Of a DNA stretch of 64,000 nt, positions 36,916-46,000 are shown piece by piece. How positions within the stretch are numbered: the stretch's first letter is position 1; each line of letters starts with the position of its first letter. Source of the DNA: Gemmatimonadales bacterium. Its GTDB lineage: Bacteria; Gemmatimonadota; Gemmatimonadetes; Gemmatimonadales; GWC2-71-9. The stretch spans positions 125,908 to 189,907 of the forward strand of contig JBBCJC010000002.1 in assembly GCA_037189525.1 (NCBI GenBank), given 5' to 3'. Made by a program: the position numbers and the translations under genes. The notes beneath the pieces were generated by a model. That model did no database searches. It was not told the DNA's origin and was given only the letters and a program-made list of their open reading frames with translations.

Positions 36916-37518
36916 ATGCCTCGCGAACTACTTCGGGTCATGTACGTCGATGATTTGCTGCACCTCTGGAGCGCGGAGAAGGGCCTGGTGGTGCCGATGT
37001 CACGCATGGCCCGCACCGCCACGTCCCCGTTCCTCAGACAAATCCTGATCAATCACGCCCGATTGATCGACTTCCACGCGCAGCGGCTCGAGTGGATGTG
37101 CGAAGGCTTGGGCGTGCGCGCGCGCGACCGGACCAGACGGTGCGCCGGGATGGATGGCCTGATCGCCCAGGCATACACCGTCATGAGCGGCGAGTACCGC
37201 GAAGACGTGTTGGACGCCGCCCTTGCCGCAACGGCCCAACGAATCACGCTGTACAAGGTGGTGCGCTACGGCACCGCCCGCTCGCGTGCGGCCCAGCTCG
37301 GCTACCGGGACCAGGTCTCTCTCCTGGACAACACGCAAAGCGAAGAGACGATCGTACTCGAAACACTCGAGGCCATGGGCGAAGCGCTGGCAGGACCCTA
37401 CGCAGCGGCAACGTCGGACCGTTCGAGTTCCTTCGACCTCACGATGTCCTCTGACAGCACCTCACAACATCGGCGAGATGACGGCGCGATCGATTTCGCC
37501 GAGACCGGCCAGGGATAA
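36916..37518 (+). CDS. Ferritin-like DUF892 (YciE/YciF-type) protein
   Basis: LLRVMYVDDLLHLWSAEKGLV...FLRQILINHARLIDFHAQRLE. The ATG at 36916 is preceded by GGAGGA; ATG 36904 is an alternative. Confidence 0.75.
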   Translation: MPRELLRVMYVDDLLHLWSAEKGLVVPMSRMARTATSPFLRQILINHARLIDFHAQRLEWMCEGLGVRARDRTRRCAGMDGLIAQAYTVMSGEYREDVLDAALAATAQRITLYKVVRYGTARSRAAQLGYRDQVSLLDNTQSEETIVLETLEAMGEALAGPYAAATSDRSSSFDLTMSSDSTSQHRRDDGAIDFAETGQG

Positions 37519-37522
37519 GGGA

Positions 37523-37573
37523 GGGAGCCGACGCCTCGACGCGCAGCAAGCGAGGCGTCGGCTCCCTTCGTTT
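37523..37573 (+). terminator. Rho-independent terminator
   Basis: Perfect 16-bp stem: GGGAGCCGACGCCTCG (37523-37538) pairs with CGAGGCGTCGGCTCCC (37551-37566). The loop is 12 nt, and TTCGTTT follows. It starts 5 nt after the stop at 37518. Confidence 0.8.
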
Positions 37574-37580
37574 GGTGCGT

Positions 37581-38090
37581 ATGCCTTCGATCGACTGGCA
37601 AAGCATGTTCGTGCCGAGTGTCGACCTCCTCAGCCTGATCATCCGCACCACGCTGGTATTTGTGGCACTGCTGGCCGGTCTCCGCATCCTCCACCGCGAT
37701 GCGGGACAGATGTCGCCGACGGACCTGCTCGTCATCATCTTCGTCGGGGATATCGCGGTCTTTGCGATGGACGTCGAGGCCAATTCCGTTACCGAAGCAG
37801 TGGTGATGCTGGGAACGGTGTTCACGGCCAACTATCTGCTCGATTGGCTAGCATCCCGTTTTCCCTGGGCCCACCGCCTGCTCCATGCGCCCCCGTTACC
37901 CCTGATTCGGAACGGGGTGGTCCAGCGGAAGAACCTCCGGCGTGAATTGATGACGATCGACGATCTGCGCTCGCAGCTGCGAGAGCACGGCGTGGAGGAC
38001 TTCGGGAACGTGAAGAAGTGCTTCCTGGAGCCGGACGGCAAGATCAGCGTCGTCACCGATGAGCCTGGCGGATCCGCCTCCGAGAGCTGA
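37581..38090 (+). CDS. DUF421 (YetF-like) membrane protein
   Basis: IIRTTLVFVALLAGLRILHRDAGQMSPTDLLVII...PPLPLIRNGVV...LRRELMTIDDLRSQLREHGV...EPDGKISVV. Confidence 0.8.
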   Translation: MPSIDWQSMFVPSVDLLSLIIRTTLVFVALLAGLRILHRDAGQMSPTDLLVIIFVGDIAVFAMDVEANSVTEAVVMLGTVFTANYLLDWLASRFPWAHRLLHAPPLPLIRNGVVQRKNLRRELMTIDDLRSQLREHGVEDFGNVKKCFLEPDGKISVVTDEPGGSASES

Positions 38091-38134
38091 GGCCTCGGCT
38101 TCCCCTCCCTTCCACAATCGCCCAAATTGGGGGT

Positions 38135-38623
38135 ATGACGATCGCGCGGAAGGCCAGGATCTTCTGGCCGGTTTTCCTGCTGCTGTTCCTGGCCGATTGT
38201 ACCACCAAGGACCTGGCCGAAACCCACCTGGCATGGTCGGTCCCGGAATCGGTCATCGGCGACTTTTTCCGCCTGACCCTGGGCTACAACCCTGGCGCCG
38301 CTCTGGGCATCTCTATCGGAGAGCACTCCCGGATCTTCTTCAGCCTGACCGCGGCCATCATCGTGATTGCGTTGACCCACATCTATCGCCGAGCCGAGCC
38401 GAAAAGCACCATCGTGGGGTTATCGGTGGGCCTGCTGATCGGCGGCGCCCTGGGCAATCTCTACGATCGGCTGCGCTCGCCACGCGGGGTCGTCGACTTC
38501 ATCGATATCGGGGTCGGTGACGTGCGATTCTGGACCTTCAACGTCGCGGACATCGGCATCTGTATCGGGGGCGTCCTGCTGGCTTGGCACCTGTCCACCA
38601 TGCCCGAATCGAAACCGACATGA
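38135..38623 (+). CDS. lspA: Signal peptidase II (lipoprotein signal peptidase)
   Basis: LADCTTKDLA...LGYNPGAALGI...GGALGNLYDRL...VVDFID...FNVADIGI. Confidence 0.9.
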   Translation: MTIARKARIFWPVFLLLFLADCTTKDLAETHLAWSVPESVIGDFFRLTLGYNPGAALGISIGEHSRIFFSLTAAIIVIALTHIYRRAEPKSTIVGLSVGLLIGGALGNLYDRLRSPRGVVDFIDIGVGDVRFWTFNVADIGICIGGVLLAWHLSTMPESKPT

Positions 38624-39234
38624 TGAGAATCAACATCACACTGATTGCCGCGGCCCTGTTTGGGATGGCCCCGGCGCTGACGGCCCAGAGCAATCCCGAG
38701 CCGGGCAAGCTCTCCATGGCGGGCGTGATGCGCGGCAGCGCCATGGTCGATTCGGTCTTCGTCGACCGCACCCTTCCCGCCGGGAAGATCGAAGGGGGCG
38801 ACTGGGCCTCCTATCTGCTCGCCCGCCTGGGCGCCGGGCCGATGCCCGATGGCCTCGGCATCATCGTCAACGTGGACACGAGCCATATCGATGTCCGGGG
38901 CCGGTTACAGGATCTGCCGCTCGAGGCGCGTGCCCTCCTCGGCCCCATTGCGACCATGGTCGACTCGAGCACCATGATCTCGGCCGCCGTCCTGATGCAG
39001 CGGACCGGTCCCGAAGTGCTCCGCTTCTGGCTCAGGAGCATCACCGTCAACGGCATGGCGCTCCCGGAATTCATCCTGGGGCAGATGATGGCCTCGGTAG
39101 GTCGGCAGTATCCCGCCCTGACCAGGACCGGACGCGATCTCTACATCCAGGTTCCGCGGGACGGCATCGTCCGCCTGGGCTCCCGGGCGGTCCATCTCGG
39201 CATCGACCCCACGCCGCCGGCCCCGTCGCCCTGA
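38620..39234 (+). CDS. Hypothetical secreted protein
   Basis: MMRINITLIAAALFGMAPALTAQ signal peptide. The start overlaps the lspA stop (ATGATGA). No recognised domain. Confidence 0.65.
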   Translation: MMRINITLIAAALFGMAPALTAQSNPEPGKLSMAGVMRGSAMVDSVFVDRTLPAGKIEGGDWASYLLARLGAGPMPDGLGIIVNVDTSHIDVRGRLQDLPLEARALLGPIATMVDSSTMISAAVLMQRTGPEVLRFWLRSITVNGMALPEFILGQMMASVGRQYPALTRTGRDLYIQVPRDGIVRLGSRAVHLGIDPTPPAPSP

Positions 39235-39341
39235 CGGAAACGTCCCCTCCGCGCCCGACGCGGCCCTCACTCGGCCGGCCTCTGCTCCTGGCCGGCATCG
39301 CGGGCACACTGGCCGGCCCGCTCCTCCCGCATGTCGTCGAG

Positions 39342-40049
39342 GTGGAGCGCCTCCGCCAGGTGGGCATTGCGTGGCTGGGCGTCACGATCCTCACCACGAC
39401 CGCCGTGATCGGCCTGCTCTATCGCCGGCTGGGCGTCGCGGGGCTCGCGTTGGGAGTCGGCACGCTGGCCGTCGGCTTTGCCATTCTCGGCGGAGACTGG
39501 TCCGGATCGCTGGGCACCCGGCTCCCCTGTCGCCACAACTGGCGCATCGCCGATGCGTACCTGCCGCGGGCCAGCCCGCTCCGTTCGATCACCTTCGACC
39601 TGGGAGCCACCCGCGTCAAAATCTGCTACGGCGCCCCGGCCACGCGCGGCAAACGGCGCCTGGGTAGTCCGGACATCCCGTACGGCCACCTCTGGCGTAC
39701 CGGCGCCAACGAGCCGACCACGATTCGGAGCAGCGGGCCGATTGCCATTGCGGGCATTCCGGTAACCCAGGGCAATGTCTCCCTCTATACCGTCCCCGGT
39801 CCGGAAACCTGGGAAATCGTCGTCAACCGGGCGACCAAGCAGTGGGGCCGGGAAGAGGACTACACCGAGGCGATTGCCCGGCAGGAAGTCGGCCGGACCA
39901 TCGTCCCGGCAGCCGCCCTGCCGGAGCCCCAGGAGCGGCTCGCCTTCGCGTTCGAAAACGCCGATGACGGCTCAGACTCGGGAACCCTGATTCTCCGCTG
40001 GGAAAGCACCGAAGTTCGACTTCCGATCCGATCGGACGCCACCCCGTAG
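39342..40049 (+). CDS. DUF2911 domain protein with hydrophobic N-terminal region
   Basis: The C-terminal two-thirds matches the DUF2911 pattern (KICYGAPATRG...PYGHLWRTGANEPTTI...GNVSLYTVPG...WEIVVN). There is no in-frame ATG. The start is guessed at GTG 39342, with GTG 39360 as an alternative. The 5' part of the 510-aa ORF is not considered coding. Confidence 0.65.
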   Translation: MERLRQVGIAWLGVTILTTTAVIGLLYRRLGVAGLALGVGTLAVGFAILGGDWSGSLGTRLPCRHNWRIADAYLPRASPLRSITFDLGATRVKICYGAPATRGKRRLGSPDIPYGHLWRTGANEPTTIRSSGPIAIAGIPVTQGNVSLYTVPGPETWEIVVNRATKQWGREEDYTEAIARQEVGRTIVPAAALPEPQERLAFAFENADDGSDSGTLILRWESTEVRLPIRSDATP

Positions 40050-40380
40050 GGACCCGCCGCGCCCCGAAAAGGGCCGCAAAATCCAATACCGACGAGCAAG
40101 CTACCAAAACCCGGATCGAGGCCAATCCTGCCGGCTGGACCTCTTTTCATGTTTATCGCCGTGTACTAATGGTACAGCTCGTAGTCGATATGGGGGCGAC
40201 AATGACACTATATCAGTCACGACAACTCGTTGATAATGAATGAGATGGATAACAAACAGCCAACGACTACAGCTTGGGAGTAGTCCCAAGGCATACTGTA
40301 TGACTATTGCACTATCAAATTGACATAACTCTGACCTCACAACCCAGGCAATCACGGCGGCCGGAAAACAAGCCCGACTT

Positions 40381-43005
40381 ATGCACCAACGGGCAGGGCT
40401 AGCAGCCATACGTCCGTCAGGGATCGATTGCGCCATGGCCCAGGACAGTTCCAATTCGACTCGTGAATCGCGGCCCACGACGCCGCCGCGTTCGCGCATC
40501 CGGTCGCCGGGCCGCCCGAAGCTGACCAGCCTCCGGGCGCGCGTCACGCTGGGCGCCGTGATCGGAGCGCTGGTCCTCGCGGCCGCCGGCACCCTGGTGG
40601 TACTGCGGGCTGCTGGGGCCGTCCGCTCTCTCGAACGGACCCGGTACATCGGTCTTGCGACCGACGCCCGCAATCGCCTCGATCAACTGGAAGGCCGGGA
40701 TCGCACCCGGCTGATGGAGATTGCCTTTTCGGACGGGCTCTATGCCCTGGCCGAGAAGGGGCCGGCACCGTCGGACTCATTTATCCGGCCGACCTTTGCC
40801 GACCGTTTTCTGACCCAACACGGCGACCCCTATCTCGGGATCTATGACCCGAGTGGGAAGCGCATCTTTGCCGCAGACCGCTCGGCCGGCGGCGACCTGG
40901 CCCAGATCGCCGGGAGCAATGTCTTCTTCCGGATGCTGGACAACCGGTCGCCGGAGATCGGCCTGATCCGGCAGGGCAACCGGCTCTATTGGATCGGCGG
41001 GGCGCCGATCCTTCCCACGACCTATACGGATGCGAGCCGCCCGATTCGTGGCTACCTGGTCGTGGTTCGCCCGTTCGACCCGGCCACACTGACCTCGGGC
41101 GCCGATCGGACCGGCACGCCAACCGTCGAGCCGCTGACACCCACGCGTCCCGCCTTTCAACCCCGGGTCGACACCGACGGACGCGACAGCGCCCGGATCC
41201 AGTTTGCCCTGACCGACATCTTTGCGCAGCAGACGAGCCTGGCCACCGTAACGGCCAGCCGCGCCGACTATCTCGCCGCCGAGCGGCGAGTGGCTTTTGC
41301 CGCGGCGTTAGGCCTGATCCTGATCCTCCTGGCCGTGGCGGCCGCATGGGTCGCGATCATGCGGTGGCTGGTCACGCCCGCCGCGTCGCTGGCTCGGAGC
41401 GTCGGCGGCCACGCCGGAGGCTCGCCCGGTTCCCTGATTACCGCGCCGTCGAACGCCGCCGAGTGGCGACTGGTCACCGGCGCCGTCAATCGCGTCATCT
41501 CACAGCATCGCGCCGGCCTCGAGCGATTCGACCGGCTGACGCGCGCGGGCCGAGACGGCCTCTGGGAGCGCGACCTCACCTCCGGCGAGTGGACTACCAC
41601 CGCCCGATTCCACGAACTGCTCGGCTATCAGGACGGCGACATCGTATCGCCGCTGACGGCGCTGACGAACCGACTCCATCCAGACGATGCGGGTCCGATC
41701 CTGGCCTGGCTGGCCGCGGAACGGCCGACGCCCGCGACGTGGGCCAGCGATGCCCGAGCCCGCCGTGGTCCGCAGGAGTGGTTCCCGGTGCGCATCGAAG
41801 CGACCGTGAGCGCCAATGCCGTGACCGGCCGCCTGATCGACCTGACCGGGCAGCGCGCCGCCGAACTGGCCATTGCCGATGCGGAAGCCCGGAGCGAACA
41901 GCGCCAGGAAAGCCTGGGCCACCTGCTGCAGGGTGTCGCTGCCCAGCTGCCGTCCGGGACGCAGACCCTGGCCATCCGCCATCGGCTCGAGCTGGTGGGC
42001 GCTGGGCTCAACGGGAGCCTCAAAGGCACCGCGGCGCCGTTCGACTTCTACACCTTCCTGCAGGAGACGGCGCAGAGCCTGAATGCGGAGCTGGCGGTGG
42101 CGCCCGGCGTACCCGACTGGGTCGAAGGCGATCGCAGCCTGCTCCGGACCGCCCTCGACTGCCTCGCGACCGATACCAGTGGCGGACGCCTTTCGCTGCG
42201 GGTGGAACTCGAGGACCGCCGCACGCCGGACCGGATCCTCTTTACGCTCGAATGCCGAGGCACCGCCTTTACCGACGCGCGGACCAGCGCGATCCGAAGC
42301 ACGCTCGAGACCGGCGAGCCGGGTTTTCCCGAGCCGTTCCTCGAGTGGCGCGCCGCGCATCACATTGCCCGAGCACTCGGCGGAACGGCCGTCTTCGACA
42401 ACGATGGCCCCGATTCTCGGCGGCGGCTCGCACTGCCGCTGGCCGCGGCGAGCAACCCGTTTGTCGGCGCGGTGCCTGATGCCGACTGGGACACCGCCGC
42501 GCCGGCCGACGCCACCTTCGGCGTGGAAGCCCCCGAGCCGGTCGTCGCGGCAAGCGCAGGCCCAGCAAGCGCTCCGGTGGAACTGGTGGCCGACGCAACG
42601 GTCACGATCAACCTCGATGACGGACCGACGGCGCGCCCCGGTTCCGACGCTCCTGCGGAGCCGGCGATCGATTCGGCGACTCTGGAACAGATCTCCGCGT
42701 CGCTCACGAGCGGATCGGGGCTGGGCAGCCAGCTGATCACGCTGTTCCGGACCGAGGCGCCGGGTCGAGTCGAGGCCATCGAAGAGGCGGCCGGCACCGG
42801 CGACTGGGCCGCGCTCCGGATGCGCGCCAACGACCTCAAGGGTATGTGCGCCCTGATCGGGGCGAGCCCGCTCGCGGCACGCTGTGTCGCGCTGGCGAAC
42901 ACCACCGGCCCGGCCGCGCACGATGCCGCGCGCGCCGTTCGGACGGAATGGGAACGAGTCGAAGTGTTACTGGACGGACTGGCCGGCGCCCAAGCTGGCG
43001 CCTAA
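40381..43005 (+). CDS. Membrane sensor protein: 2 TM + periplasmic domain, PAS-like, degenerate kinase-core-like region, His-less HPt-like C-terminus
   Basis: TM helices at about aa 55-76 and 305-331. The periplasmic segment of about 230 aa looks CHASE-type by eye. PAS-like region (GLWERDL...RLHPDDAG). C-terminal ...RMRANDLKGMCALIGA... follows the HPt pattern. ATG 40435 is an alternative start. Confidence 0.8.
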   Translation: MHQRAGLAAIRPSGIDCAMAQDSSNSTRESRPTTPPRSRIRSPGRPKLTSLRARVTLGAVIGALVLAAAGTLVVLRAAGAVRSLERTRYIGLATDARNRLDQLEGRDRTRLMEIAFSDGLYALAEKGPAPSDSFIRPTFADRFLTQHGDPYLGIYDPSGKRIFAADRSAGGDLAQIAGSNVFFRMLDNRSPEIGLIRQGNRLYWIGGAPILPTTYTDASRPIRGYLVVVRPFDPATLTSGADRTGTPTVEPLTPTRPAFQPRVDTDGRDSARIQFALTDIFAQQTSLATVTASRADYLAAERRVAFAAALGLILILLAVAAAWVAIMRWLVTPAASLARSVGGHAGGSPGSLITAPSNAAEWRLVTGAVNRVISQHRAGLERFDRLTRAGRDGLWERDLTSGEWTTTARFHELLGYQDGDIVSPLTALTNRLHPDDAGPILAWLAAERPTPATWASDARARRGPQEWFPVRIEATVSANAVTGRLIDLTGQRAAELAIADAEARSEQRQESLGHLLQGVAAQLPSGTQTLAIRHRLELVGAGLNGSLKGTAAPFDFYTFLQETAQSLNAELAVAPGVPDWVEGDRSLLRTALDCLATDTSGGRLSLRVELEDRRTPDRILFTLECRGTAFTDARTSAIRSTLETGEPGFPEPFLEWRAAHHIARALGGTAVFDNDGPDSRRRLALPLAAASNPFVGAVPDADWDTAAPADATFGVEAPEPVVAASAGPASAPVELVADATVTINLDDGPTARPGSDAPAEPAIDSATLEQISASLTSGSGLGSQLITLFRTEAPGRVEAIEEAAGTGDWAALRMRANDLKGMCALIGASPLAARCVALANTTGPAAHDAARAVRTEWERVEVLLDGLAGAQAGA

Positions 43006-43017
43006 CGGAGTGAGTCA

Positions 43018-46000
43018 ATGAGCCTCTACGAGCACGAGACGCAACCATCGGACCTTCAGGGGAACGACACGCTGTCACTTCCCGAGATGAGCGAATATCT
43101 GCTCGCCATGCGACACGAACTGCGAGCGCCGCTCAACGCCATCATCGGCATGTCGGCCCTGCTGCTCGACGATGATGTCACGCTCCGCCAGGCGCAGTAC
43201 GTCAAGAGCGTCCACGCGGCCGGCGAGAGCCTGTCCGTCATCCTGAACGACGTGCTCGACCTCGCCAGTGTCGCGGCCAACCGGCTGGCCATCGAACCGA
43301 TTCCGTTCGACCTCAAGTCGATGATCGAAGAGACGGCCAGCGCGCTGGCGCCGAAGGCCAACGAGCGCGGCCTGGCGTTGCGGGTCGACTGGCGTCCGGA
43401 GCTGCCCCGCTACCTGGTGGGCGACCCGGGCCGGACCCGACAGGTCATCGGCAACCTGGTCGGTTACGCCGTCAACGGCACCACCCACGGTGAGGTCGTC
43501 ATCCGCGTCACGCCGGACGGCGAGCGGAGCGGCATCCCGGCGATCCGGTTCTCGGTGGAGGACACCGGCATCGGCATTGCCCCGAATCGCTTGGCGCGCA
43601 TCTTCGACGAGTATGTGCCGCTCGACGCGTCGCCCTACCGCTCGTTCGGCGTCACCGGCCTCGGACTTCGTCTTTCGGCCGAATTGGTTCGGCTGATGAA
43701 CGGGGTGATCCACGCCGAGAGCGAGCCGGGCCGCGGCAACCGCCTCTGGTTTTCGATTCCGATGCCCACGGCGGCACAGTACGAAACCGGCGTCGGCACG
43801 GAGCCGGCTCTGACGGGAGGCGGCCGCGCCCTGATCGTCGAAGCTGACTTCTCCAACCGCTCCCGCTTCGCGCAGCAGTTCCAGGACGCCGGCTGGCGGG
43901 TCGAGTTCACCGACGACATCGACTCGGTCGGTGCGCAACTCCGGCAGGCCATTACCGAGGGCGACCCGTATCGGACCTGCATCATCTCGCACTATGCGGT
44001 CCGGCCGATCCACATGGAACTCGCGCGCGACCTCAAGGCCGATAGCCTGCTCGCGCCGGTGGCGCTGGTGATGGTCACGGCCGTTGGCAGCCCGGGCGAT
44101 GGACAGAAACTCTGGAGCGCGGGTTTCGCCGCCTATCTGCGGAAGCCGGTGCCGGCAGAAGAGATTCGCGAGTCGCTGGAGGCTTTATCGCGCTTGGGGC
44201 CGACCGGAAAGGGCAACTCCCTGATTACCCGCCACTCGCTGGCGGAAATCCGGAATGCGCAATCGTTCGAGGTCGAGGGCATCGATGAGATGCTCGCGAG
44301 CCTGACCGCCCCGGAGGAATCGACCACCGCATCGTCCGCAGCTACCGCGCCGAGCGATGTCTCCGCGCAGCTGGACGACGCGGCAATCCAGGCGTCGGCT
44401 GCGGAGCCGACTGCCGAATTCACTGCCGAGCCGGTCGAGTCTTCGAACGAAGCGGGCAACGAGGCGAGTGAGGTCAGTGCCGACGCCAATGCGTCCACAT
44501 CGCTGCCGCCGGCGCTCGGCGCCCTGCTGGCGCTTCCGGTGCCTGAAGTCCAGGAAGAGCAGCCCTTGGCGGTCGACGTGACCGCCGTCGAATCTGATGC
44601 TTCTGAGGCGCTGCCCGACGCGGCCACGTCCAAAGCCAGCCTCTCTGTACCCGAAGCCCTCGATGCGGACTCGAGCACAGAGGCCCTCGTCGAATCGGCA
44701 ACGAGTCTGTCGGCCGCGCCCGAAGTCGAGTTCGAGATCGAGGCCGAAGCGGAGCCTGCCCGGCAATCGGAGCCGCTCCTGCTCGCGGCACCCCAGGATG
44801 TATCGCAGGACGTACCGAGCGAGCCGGCAGCCCTGTTCGGACCAGCCGTCCCACCGATCGTCGAGTCGAGCGCATCCGCGCCGACGCTCTTCCACGCTGA
44901 GCTCGATATCCTTGCTCCGCCCGCGATTGCGCCGACTCCGGAACCTGTCGAAGCGGCAGTGGTAGCGCCGGACACCAGCGCGGCCGAGGCTACGATCGCA
45001 ATCGAGATCAGTGCCAATGTCAGTGAGGATGCCGTTGTGGCCTCCTCGGAGATCACCGGTGTCGACGCGGACATCACGATCGAAGCCACCATTGCCGAGC
45101 AAGACTCGACCGGCGAAGCCGCGATCGATGAACCGACAGCGCAGCTTCCGGCTTCACTGATCGACGGGCACCAGGATGCGCTCTGGGAATCCGAACCGAT
45201 CGTCCCGACGCTCGAGGGGCTGGTGACCCAGGCGGACGAGGCGATCGACGCTCCGAGCGCGGTGATCGAGTCGGTCACCCTGACCTCGCCCGGAGACTAC
45301 CTGGTCGACCATCCGTCGGAGCCCGTCGCGATCGAATCCGCAGCTGCCGAGCCCGCACCGGCCATCGATCAGATTGCGGCAGCTGAGCAAACGGAGATCG
45401 AGCAAGCAGAGATCGAACAAGCGCCGGTCGAAGTTGCCTCGCTGATCGAGCAGTCTGTGAGTATCGAGTCCTCGGATGCCATCGACGCGACGGTCACGGT
45501 GGAACCCACCTCACTAGTCGAGTCCGAATCGGCCGTCGACGCGGATACCTTCTTGGCCATCGAGCACGGCGCAACCGAGACCATCGAATCGACTGAAACC
45601 GTCGTCGAGACGCCCGACGCGCCGATCGAGTCGATCCTCGACAGCAACGATACCGACGGCTTTGCCGCCACAACCTCCGAGCCTGCGGACGCAGACCCGG
45701 ACCTCGAACCGGAACAGGACATCGACGTCTCGACGTTCGACGTCGTGAGTCCGCAGCTGCTCGATCAGCTCTCCACCGGCGGCGGCTTCTTCACCCAGCA
45801 CGTGGTCACCACGTTCCTGCGGGATGGAGGCGCCCAAGTCGAGCATCTCGCCACGGCGCGCGACGCGCAGCTGGCGGAATCGCTCGACAAGCTGGCCCAT
45901 GCGGCCGAGTGGGTTGGCGCGGCACGACTGTCGGCCCTGGTTGCCGATGCTGCGGCTCGCTTCGAGCGGACCGGACGGGTCAGCCCGACCGCACGGATCG

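Noticed and set aside
38517-39341. 5' two-thirds of the 510-aa ORF 38517-40049 as a single large gene
   Set aside because: This part overlaps lspA and the secreted-protein gene in another frame and translates to Arg/Pro/Gly-rich sequence. Only the 3' part shows the DUF2911 pattern.
40101-40673. 190-aa minus-strand ORF spanning the AT-rich island
   Set aside because: Half of it is antisense to the sensor gene's 5' end. The remainder crosses the 43% G+C region with no coherent protein-like pattern, and it has no SD or conserved motifs.
44133-45278. 381-aa Ser/Ala-rich minus-strand ORF opposite the acidic region of the hybrid kinase
   Set aside because: It is the mirror image of a GAx/GCx-rich acidic coding region. 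The plus-strand frame is continuous with flanking kinase and HPt-like domains, so the antisense frame is a compositional by-product.
45394-45423. Tandem 15-nt direct repeat (GAGATCGAGCAAGCA / GAGATCGAACAAGCG)
   Set aside because: There are only two copies. They are in frame and encode EIEQA-EIEQA within the acidic low-complexity region. This is not a CRISPR or intergenic repeat array.
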